From positions 1 through 36,983 of IMG/VR virus record IMGVR_UViG_3300011758_000001: a DNA stretch of 36,983 bases; one strand, written 5' to 3'. The position numbers and the translations under genes were made by a program. Every line of letters starts with the position of its first letter. Within the stretch, counting starts at the first letter, position 1. Of the stretch, positions 22,528 to 30,194 are shown in pieces. Origin of the DNA: a virus. The notes below the pieces were generated by a model. It did not search any database. It saw only the letters and a program-made list of their open reading frames with translations, and had not been told where the DNA came from.

Positions 22528-25122
22528 TTAGAACTTGCCTGAGCCTCCGGCTGGCTTCTCAAATTGTTTTATGATGGCATGCGCTCTTGCTACCTCTTTC
22601 TTGCCTTTCATGTGCTTCACTGCCTCTCGCAATGCAAGCGTTACGGGTACGGGTACAGGCATTCCGGTGAAAACCGTTCCTATAGTGGCATCCATCATGG
22701 TTGCTATCAGCGTCCCAGTGTTTGACCAGTTAACACCAGTGCCTTCAGGAACGGTTTTAATGATCTTTGCGAGTTCTACAGCATTGCGAATCTTTTCAGC
22801 TTCCTGTTTTCCAAGGAGCGTATCGAGTCGCTGTGTAGTACCGTCAAGAGTCTTAACCACCTTTTCCATTTTTGATGCAAGTAAAGCATTGTTACCCTGA
22901 GCGTCTTGAGCACCTGAGAAGGCTTCGTTACGGATCTTGTCGATGATTGATGCTTGCAAATCATTCCAAGCCTGCTCACCACCTTCAGACTGTAGAATTT
23001 TTTTCTTAACAAACTCTAAGTCTTTTTGTGAAGTGGTTGGCTTGATGATTCGGTTCACAATATTTTCATCAATAACCTTCCGGTCTCCACTGTTTGCACC
23101 TTTCTTCATTGCAACCAGATCGGAAAGAACGGCTCGCCCCTCCCAGCTTTGTTTAAACTGAGAATACTCTCTGCGAACTGCACGGAAAGCATTACTGCCG
23201 CTGTTATCTAGGGAGTTATCTATCAGTTTTTTAAGTCGTGTTTTGATGCGAATATCGCCATCATCTGAGTTGCTTCCCAAATCATTGATTAGCTTGCGCC
23301 ATTCTTCAACCTGATTAACGTTTGGCTCTTGTCCCTTGGGTTTTGGTGTTAATCTTCCATCAACATCATCAGCAATTCCAAGTCGCACTGCTGCGCGTTT
23401 TGCATCTCTATAGATTGCAGTAGTCTCAAGATCAACATTCTCATTAATCAAATCTAATACGGACTGGCTATCTAGCTGAATACCACGCTCATCAGCTACC
23501 TTGATATCGTCTTCTGCCCACTTTGGTCCACTACCAAGATCAACTTTTGTTTGTGCGCCTTCAGACTCGCGAACTGCCTGGTATTTTTTATTTACGGCAG
23601 CTCTCTCCACTTTAAACTGAGTTCCAAGCACATCATTTATACGCTCACCAACTTCGGCTGCATTGGTTGTTGTTGCACCTTTGCTATAAATCATGTCATC
23701 AATGGCACTTCCAAGAGCTTGCTGCTGTGTATTCAAGTGTTCTTGAATGATCTGGCCAGCCTCACCACCTTTACGCGCTAAATTGTGCATTTCTGCCAAG
23801 TCTGTAGGGTTACGTGATACTTGGGCTGTTGTAGAAGGTACATTAAATTCATCAAACAGAGCCTGACGAGTGGTTTCTACTGGTACAGCTGCAGCGCCCA
23901 TACTGCCACCAGTATCAGCAGTACGAAGACCTGTAGCTTCACCAACTTTGTTAACGGTGCTCTTAGCTGCTTCCGTTACAGCATTAACTGGCCGTTTTGC
24001 CTGTTCAACCACTTGCGCCACGACAGGTTTTGCAGCTTGAGCCACTTCCCTTGCTGCTGTGGTAGCCACTGGCAAAGATGCGCGTCCTAAAGTTGCAGTA
24101 GCTGTGCCAATACCACCACCCAAGACCGGCGGTAAGGTATCAAGACCAGTATCTTCAATGAACTCACCAACCGCACCCACAGCGCGTCTACCGCCTGCCG
24201 TGTTTGGCTCATAGGTCAGAGCATTGGAAAACTGTGTAGCTCGGTTTACGGCATTTTGAGCGCCTTGCTGGGTGCCAAACGTGCCATCCACTACAGATTC
24301 AGCAATACCATGCAAGCCACCGGCAGCTTGACCAATCGCCCCACCAATCATGCCTGTTCCTACAGTTAGAGCGGCTTCACCGCCACCGATAATCTTATCC
24401 ATGGTGCTGAGTGGTTTTTCTTGTGGTTTTGGTTGTGGTGGCTGATCCTCTCGAATCACGCCATTTTCATCAAAATCAGGCAGTCCAGAAGGCTGTGCTT
24501 TTTGCGGATTCTGTTTATCGAAAGCGTCTAGCAATCGATTTACATTGGCTTGTTTTTTCTGAGGATCAATCTGTTTTTTGGTGGTGCTGGCTTTGGCTTG
24601 TTTGTCATAAGCAGTCACAAGTTGATTGATTCTATTTTGTGCCGGCTTGCGGTTTGGCGGTTTGATTTCACCGACCATGGCCTGGATATCCTTCCACGAC
24701 TTCTTGGGTTGAGCGTAATTTGAAGAAGGCAAGGATGCCCATTCACTACCCAATTTACCTACAGCCTTAGTGAAATCCCCTTTAATGACATCACCTAGAG
24801 CACCACGACCTAAAATCAAAGCCACTGCTGCTAAATCTTGGTTTTTTGGTGAGAAGTCGGTTAATCCGTATTTTTTGGATACCTTATCCCAAGTTCCTTT
24901 TAAGAATTGATAGCGGCCAGCTGCTGTGGTCGAGTTCTTTTTGCCATCAGTTTGGGTGAATTCTTTTTTGACGTTTGGGTGGGCTTTTAAATCATCAGAA
25001 CGTTCATTACCAAATATGGTGTTATACCCATGCTTTACGCCTTCAGCATTCGCAATAACATCCAGCATTTTTCGAACATTCGGATTGCTTAGAGCTTTTT
25101 CAAGTTCTTGACGTGTAGCCAT
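22528..25122 (-). CDS. Large internal virion/ejection protein with an N-terminal lambda-R-like (GH104) lytic transglycosylase domain
   Basis: MLDVIANAEGVKHGYNTIFG...HP...TAAGRYQFLKGTWDKVSKKYGLTDFSPKNQDLAAVALI..RGAL...WASLP aligns by eye with lambda R (LAWSEGT..GYDVIVGG..HP..GAGRYQLL..W..LGLKDFSPKSQD..AL). The remaining ~700 aa are Gly/Ala-rich and coiled. Confidence 0.8.
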   Translation of the reverse strand: MATRQELEKALSNPNVRKMLDVIANAEGVKHGYNTIFGNERSDDLKAHPNVKKEFTQTDGKKNSTTAAGRYQFLKGTWDKVSKKYGLTDFSPKNQDLAAVALILGRGALGDVIKGDFTKAVGKLGSEWASLPSSNYAQPKKSWKDIQAMVGEIKPPNRKPAQNRINQLVTAYDKQAKASTTKKQIDPQKKQANVNRLLDAFDKQNPQKAQPSGLPDFDENGVIREDQPPQPKPQEKPLSTMDKIIGGGEAALTVGTGMIGGAIGQAAGGLHGIAESVVDGTFGTQQGAQNAVNRATQFSNALTYEPNTAGGRRAVGAVGEFIEDTGLDTLPPVLGGGIGTATATLGRASLPVATTAAREVAQAAKPVVAQVVEQAKRPVNAVTEAAKSTVNKVGEATGLRTADTGGSMGAAAVPVETTRQALFDEFNVPSTTAQVSRNPTDLAEMHNLARKGGEAGQIIQEHLNTQQQALGSAIDDMIYSKGATTTNAAEVGERINDVLGTQFKVERAAVNKKYQAVRESEGAQTKVDLGSGPKWAEDDIKVADERGIQLDSQSVLDLINENVDLETTAIYRDAKRAAVRLGIADDVDGRLTPKPKGQEPNVNQVEEWRKLINDLGSNSDDGDIRIKTRLKKLIDNSLDNSGSNAFRAVRREYSQFKQSWEGRAVLSDLVAMKKGANSGDRKVIDENIVNRIIKPTTSQKDLEFVKKKILQSEGGEQAWNDLQASIIDKIRNEAFSGAQDAQGNNALLASKMEKVVKTLDGTTQRLDTLLGKQEAEKIRNAVELAKIIKTVPEGTGVNWSNTGTLIATMMDATIGTVFTGMPVPVPVTLALREAVKHMKGKKEVARAHAIIKQFEKPAGGSGKF

Positions 25123-25138
25123 AACTTTTCCTTAGGTA

Positions 25139-25162
25139 ATAAAAAACCACCCGAAGGTGGTT
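25139..25162. terminator. Bidirectional terminator after the antirepressor gene
   Basis: aaccacc-cgaa-ggtggtt with T tracts on both strands. Confidence 0.75.
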
Positions 25163-25167
25163 TTTGT

Positions 25168-26025
25168 TTATTTAGTATTGCGCTCTCTCAGGAAGTGTCT
25201 TCCTACGCGCAATGTATCCGTGCCATACAGCAAGTCCAGCACACTATCAAAACGCTTGGTAAATTCAGCAATATCCATGGTTGGGTAAAAGCCTGGCGGT
25301 AGTGGCATTGCGGTCAGCACACCGTTACAAGAACTCACATGCCATGAATCATATCGAGAATTATTGAACTCCTGACTGATCTGCTGGGCTACCTGAATAA
25401 CCTCTTGCGGATAAGGTAGGGATTTAACTTCCTGCTTTTCTACCTTTGCCTTTAAATCCATTGTTTCCAGATAATGAACAGCCTCTGGAAAATGAATTTC
25501 TAAAAGCTCCGCATAGCGCGGGATTTTAAAATGTCGATTATGACGCGCCCACATTTCAGCAAAGATTTTACGTTCACCTTGAGAGCGACGAGCCACAATT
25601 TCATGAAGCAAGGCTTGCTGTTCTGGTGAGATGGCTTGACGCGCTTTAACTCTGAATTGCATCACCATTGCGTCGTAAGCGCGAATAACCTGTAGATGGA
25701 ATTTTGCAGAGATCCACATTGCGTATGAGTAAACTAATTCCTTAACTACATATGTACCATTATTCTTACCATCATTAACTTTACCAACAGCAGGCATCTG
25801 CAAATTTGCAGAGGCCCCATTCGAAGGGTTTTCAATCTCAGCAATTAGGTCTTTGGTTTGTTGATTGCGGATGAAGTAAGCGGGTTGATGCTTTTTGTCA
25901 TACCCACTTGCCTTATGTAGATCATTCAAGCAATAACGACCATCTTCATCCTGACGAATTGAAAACTCACCAATGGTCAACGGTTGAGTATTTGGATTTA
26001 CTAGATTTTGTGTTAAATTAGACAT
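25168..26025 (-). CDS. ant: Antirepressor-like protein (KilA-N domain + ORF6C/ORF11CD3-like C-terminal region)
   Basis: FSIRQDEDGRYCLNDLHKASGYDKKHQPAYFIRNQQTKDLIAEIE is KilA-N-like. The middle region ISPEQQALLHEIV...FKIPRYAELLEIHFPEAVHYLE is typical of antirepressor C-terminal domains. ATG at 26025 has AAGGA 9 nt upstream. An alternative coupled start lies at 26109. Confidence 0.7.
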   Translation of the reverse strand: MSNLTQNLVNPNTQPLTIGEFSIRQDEDGRYCLNDLHKASGYDKKHQPAYFIRNQQTKDLIAEIENPSNGASANLQMPAVGKVNDGKNNGTYVVKELVYSYAMWISAKFHLQVIRAYDAMVMQFRVKARQAISPEQQALLHEIVARRSQGERKIFAEMWARHNRHFKIPRYAELLEIHFPEAVHYLETMDLKAKVEKQEVKSLPYPQEVIQVAQQISQEFNNSRYDSWHVSSCNGVLTAMPLPPGFYPTMDIAEFTKRFDSVLDLLYGTDTLRVGRHFLRERNTK

Positions 26026-26092
26026 GTGTTTACATCCTTCTGTGATGGCAACTAGACCTTGCATTTGATTGGTAGTCGGGCAAGGTTTTTTT
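26026..26092 (+). ncRNA. Predicted sar-like antisense RNA covering the ant RBS and start region
   Basis: A plus-strand-only terminator, accttgc (26056-26062) paired with gcaaggt (26080-26086) and followed by seven T residues. Candidate promoter: TTGGAT (25992-25997), 16-nt spacer, TAAATT (26014-26019). The predicted RNA is about 65-70 nt and complementary to the ant SD (26035-26039). Confidence 0.5.
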
Positions 26093-26105
26093 GTGCCTGT
26101 TGATT

Positions 26106-26267
26106 TCATGCTTTCGCACTCTCTTGTTTAAGTAAAAGTTCAACTGCCTTATTCATTAAATAATTCATTGAGCGTTGCTCTTTTTTTGCCATGTCCTTTA
26201 ATGGCTCATGCAATTCATTTGTTAAGCGAAATCGCACATCGGTTGAGTCTTTTTGCTTGTCTTTCAT
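26106..26267 (-). CDS. arc: Arc-like ribbon-helix-helix repressor, 53 aa (below the track cutoff)
   Basis: My translation is MKDKQKDSTDVRFRLTNELHEPLKDMAKKEQRSMNYLMNKAVELLLKQESAKA. AAGGAGG lies 4 nt upstream. Confidence 0.65.
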   Translation of the reverse strand: MKDKQKDSTDVRFRLTNELHEPLKDMAKKEQRSMNYLMNKAVELLLKQESAKA

Positions 26268-26283
26268 ACTGCCTCCTTTTTAT

Positions 26284-26369
26284 GCCACACTTTGTGGCGT
26301 TTAATAACTATAGCCACACTTTGTGGTAATGTAAATACCTATCATGAAATATTTACCACAATTTGTGGC
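26284..26369. promoter_or_regulatory. immI-like operators and candidate Pant
   Basis: GCCACActtTGTGGC (26284-26298), GCCACActtTGTGGT (26313-26327), ACCACAattTGTGGC (26355-26369). Pant on the minus strand: TTTACA (26335-26330), 17-nt spacer, TATAGT (26312-26307). The second operator fills the spacer and the first sits at about +1. Confidence 0.65.
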
Positions 26370-26383
26370 ATTGAGGTTTTTAA

Positions 26384-26674
26384 ATGAGTAATCAAGCTGA
26401 TCACACTATAGTTCGATTGCGTGTACCGCCTGAGCTTAAAAAGCAAATAGAAGATGCTGCTGAAGAGAATAATCGCTCACAAAGCGCCGAGATGGTTGCT
26501 CGCCTAGAAGAGAGTTTTAAGGTTAAACAGGGTAATTATCTTAATGATGATGTAGTCAATGATCTACTTGAGGCTTTTACTAAAAAAATATTCACAGCCC
26601 TAAAAAGCCAAGGAGCTTCGAGAGAGCTTATGGAAAGCACCGTTAATGAATTAAAAAATAAAAAAGCACCCTAG
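26384..26674 (+). CDS. mnt: Mnt-like ribbon-helix-helix repressor
   Basis: IVRLRVPPELKKQIEDAAEENNRSQSAEMVARLEESF is an RHH. Divergent from the arc/ant genes across the operator region. Confidence 0.65.
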   Translation: MSNQADHTIVRLRVPPELKKQIEDAAEENNRSQSAEMVARLEESFKVKQGNYLNDDVVNDLLEAFTKKIFTALKSQGASRELMESTVNELKNKKAP

Positions 26675-26680
26675 GGTGCT
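26665..26680. terminator. Bidirectional terminator shared by the mnt-like gene and the convergent 112-aa gene
   Basis: agcacc-ctag-ggtgct flanked by an A tract and a T tract. Confidence 0.7.
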
Positions 26681-26688
26681 TTTTGCTT

Positions 26689-27027
26689 TTACTTATCTAA
26701 GTAGTGCAGGCAATCTCTAAAAAATGTGTCCACATATTCGCTTTTTGCGATTTTTGATCTACGCTCCGTCATTTCTACTTTTTTACGATATGCAGAATCA
26801 ATAATAATTCTGCCAACCTCGCGGATTTCCTTTTGCTCTCCAATCAGTGTTTTGTACATCTCTGATATTGGTACGCCATTTTGACGAGCATCAAAAGCAC
26901 TACCAGCCAATTCAGATAGCATGGAACAATTTTCAACAGCGGCTTTGTAGTTGCTTTTGTTTGCCGCACCAGCCGCTGCAGAAAAAGAAAGCACCAACAA
27001 GGAAATGAAGATCTTCTTGAAGTTCAT
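26689..27027 (-). CDS. Secreted protein of unknown function (moron, at the sieA-equivalent position)
   Basis: Signal peptide MNFKKIFISLLVLSFSAAAGAANK, with no lipobox. Two Cys residues in the mature part. Confidence 0.65.
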   Translation of the reverse strand: MNFKKIFISLLVLSFSAAAGAANKSNYKAAVENCSMLSELAGSAFDARQNGVPISEMYKTLIGEQKEIREVGRIIIDSAYRKKVEMTERRSKIAKSEYVDTFFRDCLHYLDK

Positions 27028-27072
27028 GTGATAACCCCTCTTTATTGTTAAAGAAAGGTTATCACAGAATAA

Positions 27073-28416
27073 TCACTCAATCCCTAACTGATTGGCGATC
27101 TGCTGCATTTCTGCAGGCGATACCCCGCGCGCTTTGGCAGCCTCGACTACCACAGATGAATAACCATTGCCTTTGGTTGCATACATTTGGGTTTTTTTAT
27201 TGGCTGATTGACCAATACTAGATGCATACTTTGCGACCTCAGCAATAGAGCGCGCCACCTGATCTGTGCTTTGATTCAGGTCAAGTGAGGCAATAGCATT
27301 TTCTAACTTCTTCCCCTCTGATTCAGTCAAAGAGCCAAGACCTCTCATTTTTTCAGCACTAATCAAGAATGCCTGACTTTTTAAGGCTTCAACACGACGA
27401 GAGAAGTTATATTCCGCAGTGCCTGGAATGGCTCGACGCGCCATATTCCAGACACCAGCACCCGTAGCATCACCTAGAGCTTTATAGTCGTTCACAAGTT
27501 GCGCGGCAAGTTGTGCTGTTCCGGCAGCATTTTTAGCCACATCAGCGAAGTTTTGAGCCTTTTCAACGCGCTCCACACGCTGAATAGGTGTTTCCTTGGC
27601 GGCCGCCATAGCTCTAGCCTGCTTTCGCTCCTCTTGATTGAGTTTCTCGTAAGCTAACTGCTGATCCTGATCAAGCTTCGCATAAAACTGATCATTTTGA
27701 AGCTGCATTTTTTGCTGCTCAAGAACTCGGCCTGTTTTGCGATCCTCAACCTGTGACTCAAGGTTATCAATCTCAGCCTGAGTTTTGTCACCATACCAAA
27801 GATTTTCAGTTTCGGTTTTCTCGGCTTCAGCCTTGGTTTTATCCGTCTGCGCTTTCTTGAGGTTGATTTCCTCTGGTAGCATCTGATTTTCACCTAATGC
27901 GCCCAACACATCCTTGAACTGCGATGGCGTGGTTGACGCAAGTGTTAGACCAGAGATTGTCAAAAGCCCGTCAGGATCTGTTTCTGCCATTGCTGCTAGT
28001 GTTCGCATTTGATCGGCAGTGGTTTTATCCCCTGCATTCTCATAACCCAAAGCTTCAGTTTCAAGGATGGATTTTGCAACGTTTGGCTGCCCACCAGATA
28101 AAGCTGCATAGATGCGCGATGTTGTCTTGAATGTAGCTTGTTGTTTGCCAGAGTCTAGAACATCATAAGAGCGTTTAAAATCTTCAGCCAAGGCTGGAAA
28201 CCGCGCCATGATGGTGGCATAGTCTTCATGGGTTTTGTTTGGCTTGGATGCAAAAGCAGATAACTCTTGTTGCATCTGCTCTTTTTGCACTTGCTCTTTT
28301 TGCGCAAGCTCTTTCGCCTGAACAAATTGTCCAATCTGCATGCCTTGAGTAAGGCCGGTCATGGCAGTCTGGATAGGGTTTTGCACATCAAGCATATAGT
28401 TAATTGGCTGTACCAT
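27073..28416 (-). CDS. Putative ejection/internal virion protein (at the position and size of P22 gp20)
   Basis: 447 aa from the ATG at 28416. Gln/Glu-rich coiled coil. Assigned by synteny only. Confidence 0.4.
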   Translation of the reverse strand: MVQPINYMLDVQNPIQTAMTGLTQGMQIGQFVQAKELAQKEQVQKEQMQQELSAFASKPNKTHEDYATIMARFPALAEDFKRSYDVLDSGKQQATFKTTSRIYAALSGGQPNVAKSILETEALGYENAGDKTTADQMRTLAAMAETDPDGLLTISGLTLASTTPSQFKDVLGALGENQMLPEEINLKKAQTDKTKAEAEKTETENLWYGDKTQAEIDNLESQVEDRKTGRVLEQQKMQLQNDQFYAKLDQDQQLAYEKLNQEERKQARAMAAAKETPIQRVERVEKAQNFADVAKNAAGTAQLAAQLVNDYKALGDATGAGVWNMARRAIPGTAEYNFSRRVEALKSQAFLISAEKMRGLGSLTESEGKKLENAIASLDLNQSTDQVARSIAEVAKYASSIGQSANKKTQMYATKGNGYSSVVVEAAKARGVSPAEMQQIANQLGIE

Positions 28417-28418
28417 AA

Positions 28419-29060
28419 TTAAAACATCCCCATCATTTTCATTCCACCAACCTGACCAATCGCACCTGTTAAGCCGTTCCACATATTCGCACTGGCCTGA
28501 CCAGATGCTAAAGCAGCACCCGCTTGAGCCGCACCGGACTGCTGATAAAGGTTTGAAATATTGCTTGCAGCTTGCATACCTGCGTTACCAGTTCCAGCTG
28601 CCGCGTTCTGGCCAAGCGATGTCATACCTGCCAAGTTTTGATAACGCTGATTAATTAACTGATTAAGCAGTTGCGGTCTGAATTGAGCTAATGCAGCCTG
28701 AGTGTTGCCGCCGCGAAGACCGCCAGTGGCAGAGGCATTTTGCAAAATAGCGTTTTCGCCTTGCTGCAGATAGGTTTGCATCTCTGCGCTATTGTTGATG
28801 TTTCCGATAGCTGCTTGCTGTGCTGCTGTGCCATTAATACCCAATAGATCCTGCTGACCAGACAAACCACTGAGGCCAGCATCAGCATAAGGCTTTAAAA
28901 GTTTTTGAACTGCATCAAACTGTCGACGCTGTTCCTCCACCCCCATTTCAGATGATTCGATCTGGGCATTGGCCGCTGAGTTCGCTGCTTTTTTCTGTGC
29001 CCGGCTAGACATTACACCGCCTACAACCGCACTACCAACTACCGCTGCTGCAACTGGCAT
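28419..29060 (-). CDS. Putative ejection protein (at the position and size of P22 gp7)
   Basis: 213 aa, Gly/Ala/Gln-rich. Hydrophobic N-terminus MPVAAAVVGSAVVGGV. AGGAG lies 7 nt upstream. Confidence 0.45.
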   Translation of the reverse strand: MPVAAAVVGSAVVGGVMSSRAQKKAANSAANAQIESSEMGVEEQRRQFDAVQKLLKPYADAGLSGLSGQQDLLGINGTAAQQAAIGNINNSAEMQTYLQQGENAILQNASATGGLRGGNTQAALAQFRPQLLNQLINQRYQNLAGMTSLGQNAAAGTGNAGMQAASNISNLYQQSGAAQAGAALASGQASANMWNGLTGAIGQVGGMKMMGMF

Positions 29061-29506
29061 AAGTATTCTCCTTTGGTTAAGCCCACCAATGTCTGGTCAA
29101 GCAATTCCCCGTTTTTTAAGAATGATTGAGTCAAAACACCTTCTTTTTTAAACCCCAAGCCAATCGCATAAATCAATGCCTTGCGATTATTTGATGGTGT
29201 ATAAGAAATTGCTTTTTGATATTTACTGAATAGATATTCGAGTAATAGCTGCCCTGCTTTGAATGCTGCCTTGCCGCGCAGCAACAGGCATGTATGAATT
29301 TCTGCCGTGACTGCGTTTTGCGGAACCAATAAGAAAAGCCCTTGAATCTGCTTATCCTGATAAATACCCAGACATTCAAAATTTAAAGGAAGCTCAGGTA
29401 TCGCTAAATTTTTAGATGCATCATCCGAAATATCATCATTGACTGCAGCATCTAAAATCACACGATTAATCACATCAATATCACTTAGAGGCTGCAGTAT
29501 AATCAT
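29039..29506 (-). CDS. GNAT-fold acetyltransferase-like protein (at the P22 gp14 position)
   Basis: AEIHTCLLLRGKAAFKAGQLLLEYLFSKYQKAISYTPSNNRKALIYAIGLGFKKEGVL has the beta-strand/helix pattern of the GNAT acetyl-CoA-binding core. This assignment is by eye. Confidence 0.45.
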   Translation of the reverse strand: MIILQPLSDIDVINRVILDAAVNDDISDDASKNLAIPELPLNFECLGIYQDKQIQGLFLLVPQNAVTAEIHTCLLLRGKAAFKAGQLLLEYLFSKYQKAISYTPSNNRKALIYAIGLGFKKEGVLTQSFLKNGELLDQTLVGLTKGEYLCQLQQR

Positions 29507-29838
29507 GTGACCTCTCGCCCTGACGCTCGAATAGTGAGTGAGCTAGCTGCACTGGCAATCATGCTGATCGTATCACCAGAGTCCAGCACATGCCCAACCA
29601 ACTCAGGACAAACATAAGTTTCACCTGATGCAACCGATTTATCTTTAATGAGCGCATTAGCATCACCAACCGCACCACCTGAAGGTACTACGTTACAACT
29701 AAACGTCACAGCCGCCGCTGTCGTATTGGTGACCGTAACCTTATCAATCATGGTTTTAGCATTGGCGGCAATATATTGATTTGTTTGTGCTGCTTCTAAT
29801 TGCTTGGAAGGAATAATACATTTAACTTTGACAGCCAT
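29503..29838 (-). CDS. Hypothetical virion-module protein
   Basis: 111-aa ORF, Ala/Thr/Val-rich, with ATGA and TAATG coupling on either side. Confidence 0.65.
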   Translation of the reverse strand: MAVKVKCIIPSKQLEAAQTNQYIAANAKTMIDKVTVTNTTAAAVTFSCNVVPSGGAVGDANALIKDKSVASGETYVCPELVGHVLDSGDTISMIASAASSLTIRASGREVT

Positions 29839-30194
29839 TAAACTATCTCCAATGTTGAGATTTCATGATGGTGAATATGGGTTGGCTCTGGTGAATCGGC
29901 TTGAGTATGCTCATATCTGGGTGTTAGGTCATCGAACTGGCAATTGCACTGATGCACTGGCTCCATAGCTTTGATTTCGGCCAGCGCTTCTACCGCCTGA
30001 ATCAAGGCGATTGCTAACACAGCTTGAGCCGCTGCACTCTCGACCTGAAACTGAATTTCATCAAGATTCTCGTCTTGTCGATTTATTTCACCAGGTAATA
30101 TTTCAAAAACCTGCTCAAAGGCTTTGAGTGTTCTAGGGTCTTTAAAAATCTTGGCAAGCTCTTCGCGGCTTGGTTTCTTGGGCCTGACTAACAT
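29838..30194 (-). CDS. Hypothetical virion-module protein (at the position of tail needle gp26; no similarity seen)
   Basis: 118-aa ORF with a central helical segment. It starts directly after the stop of the gp10-like gene. Confidence 0.6.
   Translation of the reverse strand: MLVRPKKPSREELAKIFKDPRTLKAFEQVFEILPGEINRQDENLDEIQFQVESAAAQAVLAIALIQAVEALAEIKAMEPVHQCNCQFDDLTPRYEHTQADSPEPTHIHHHEISTLEIV

Noticed and set aside
26026-26109. Longer ant start at 26109 (ATGA-coupled to the arc-like stop), adding 28 N-terminal residues
   Set aside because: It is not excluded. However, the extension (MKSTGTKKPCPTTNQMQGLVAITEGCKH) precedes the KilA-N domain without recognisable features. The ATG at 26025 has an AAGGA RBS, and the intervening DNA holds the antisense terminator. 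I therefore annotated the shorter form.
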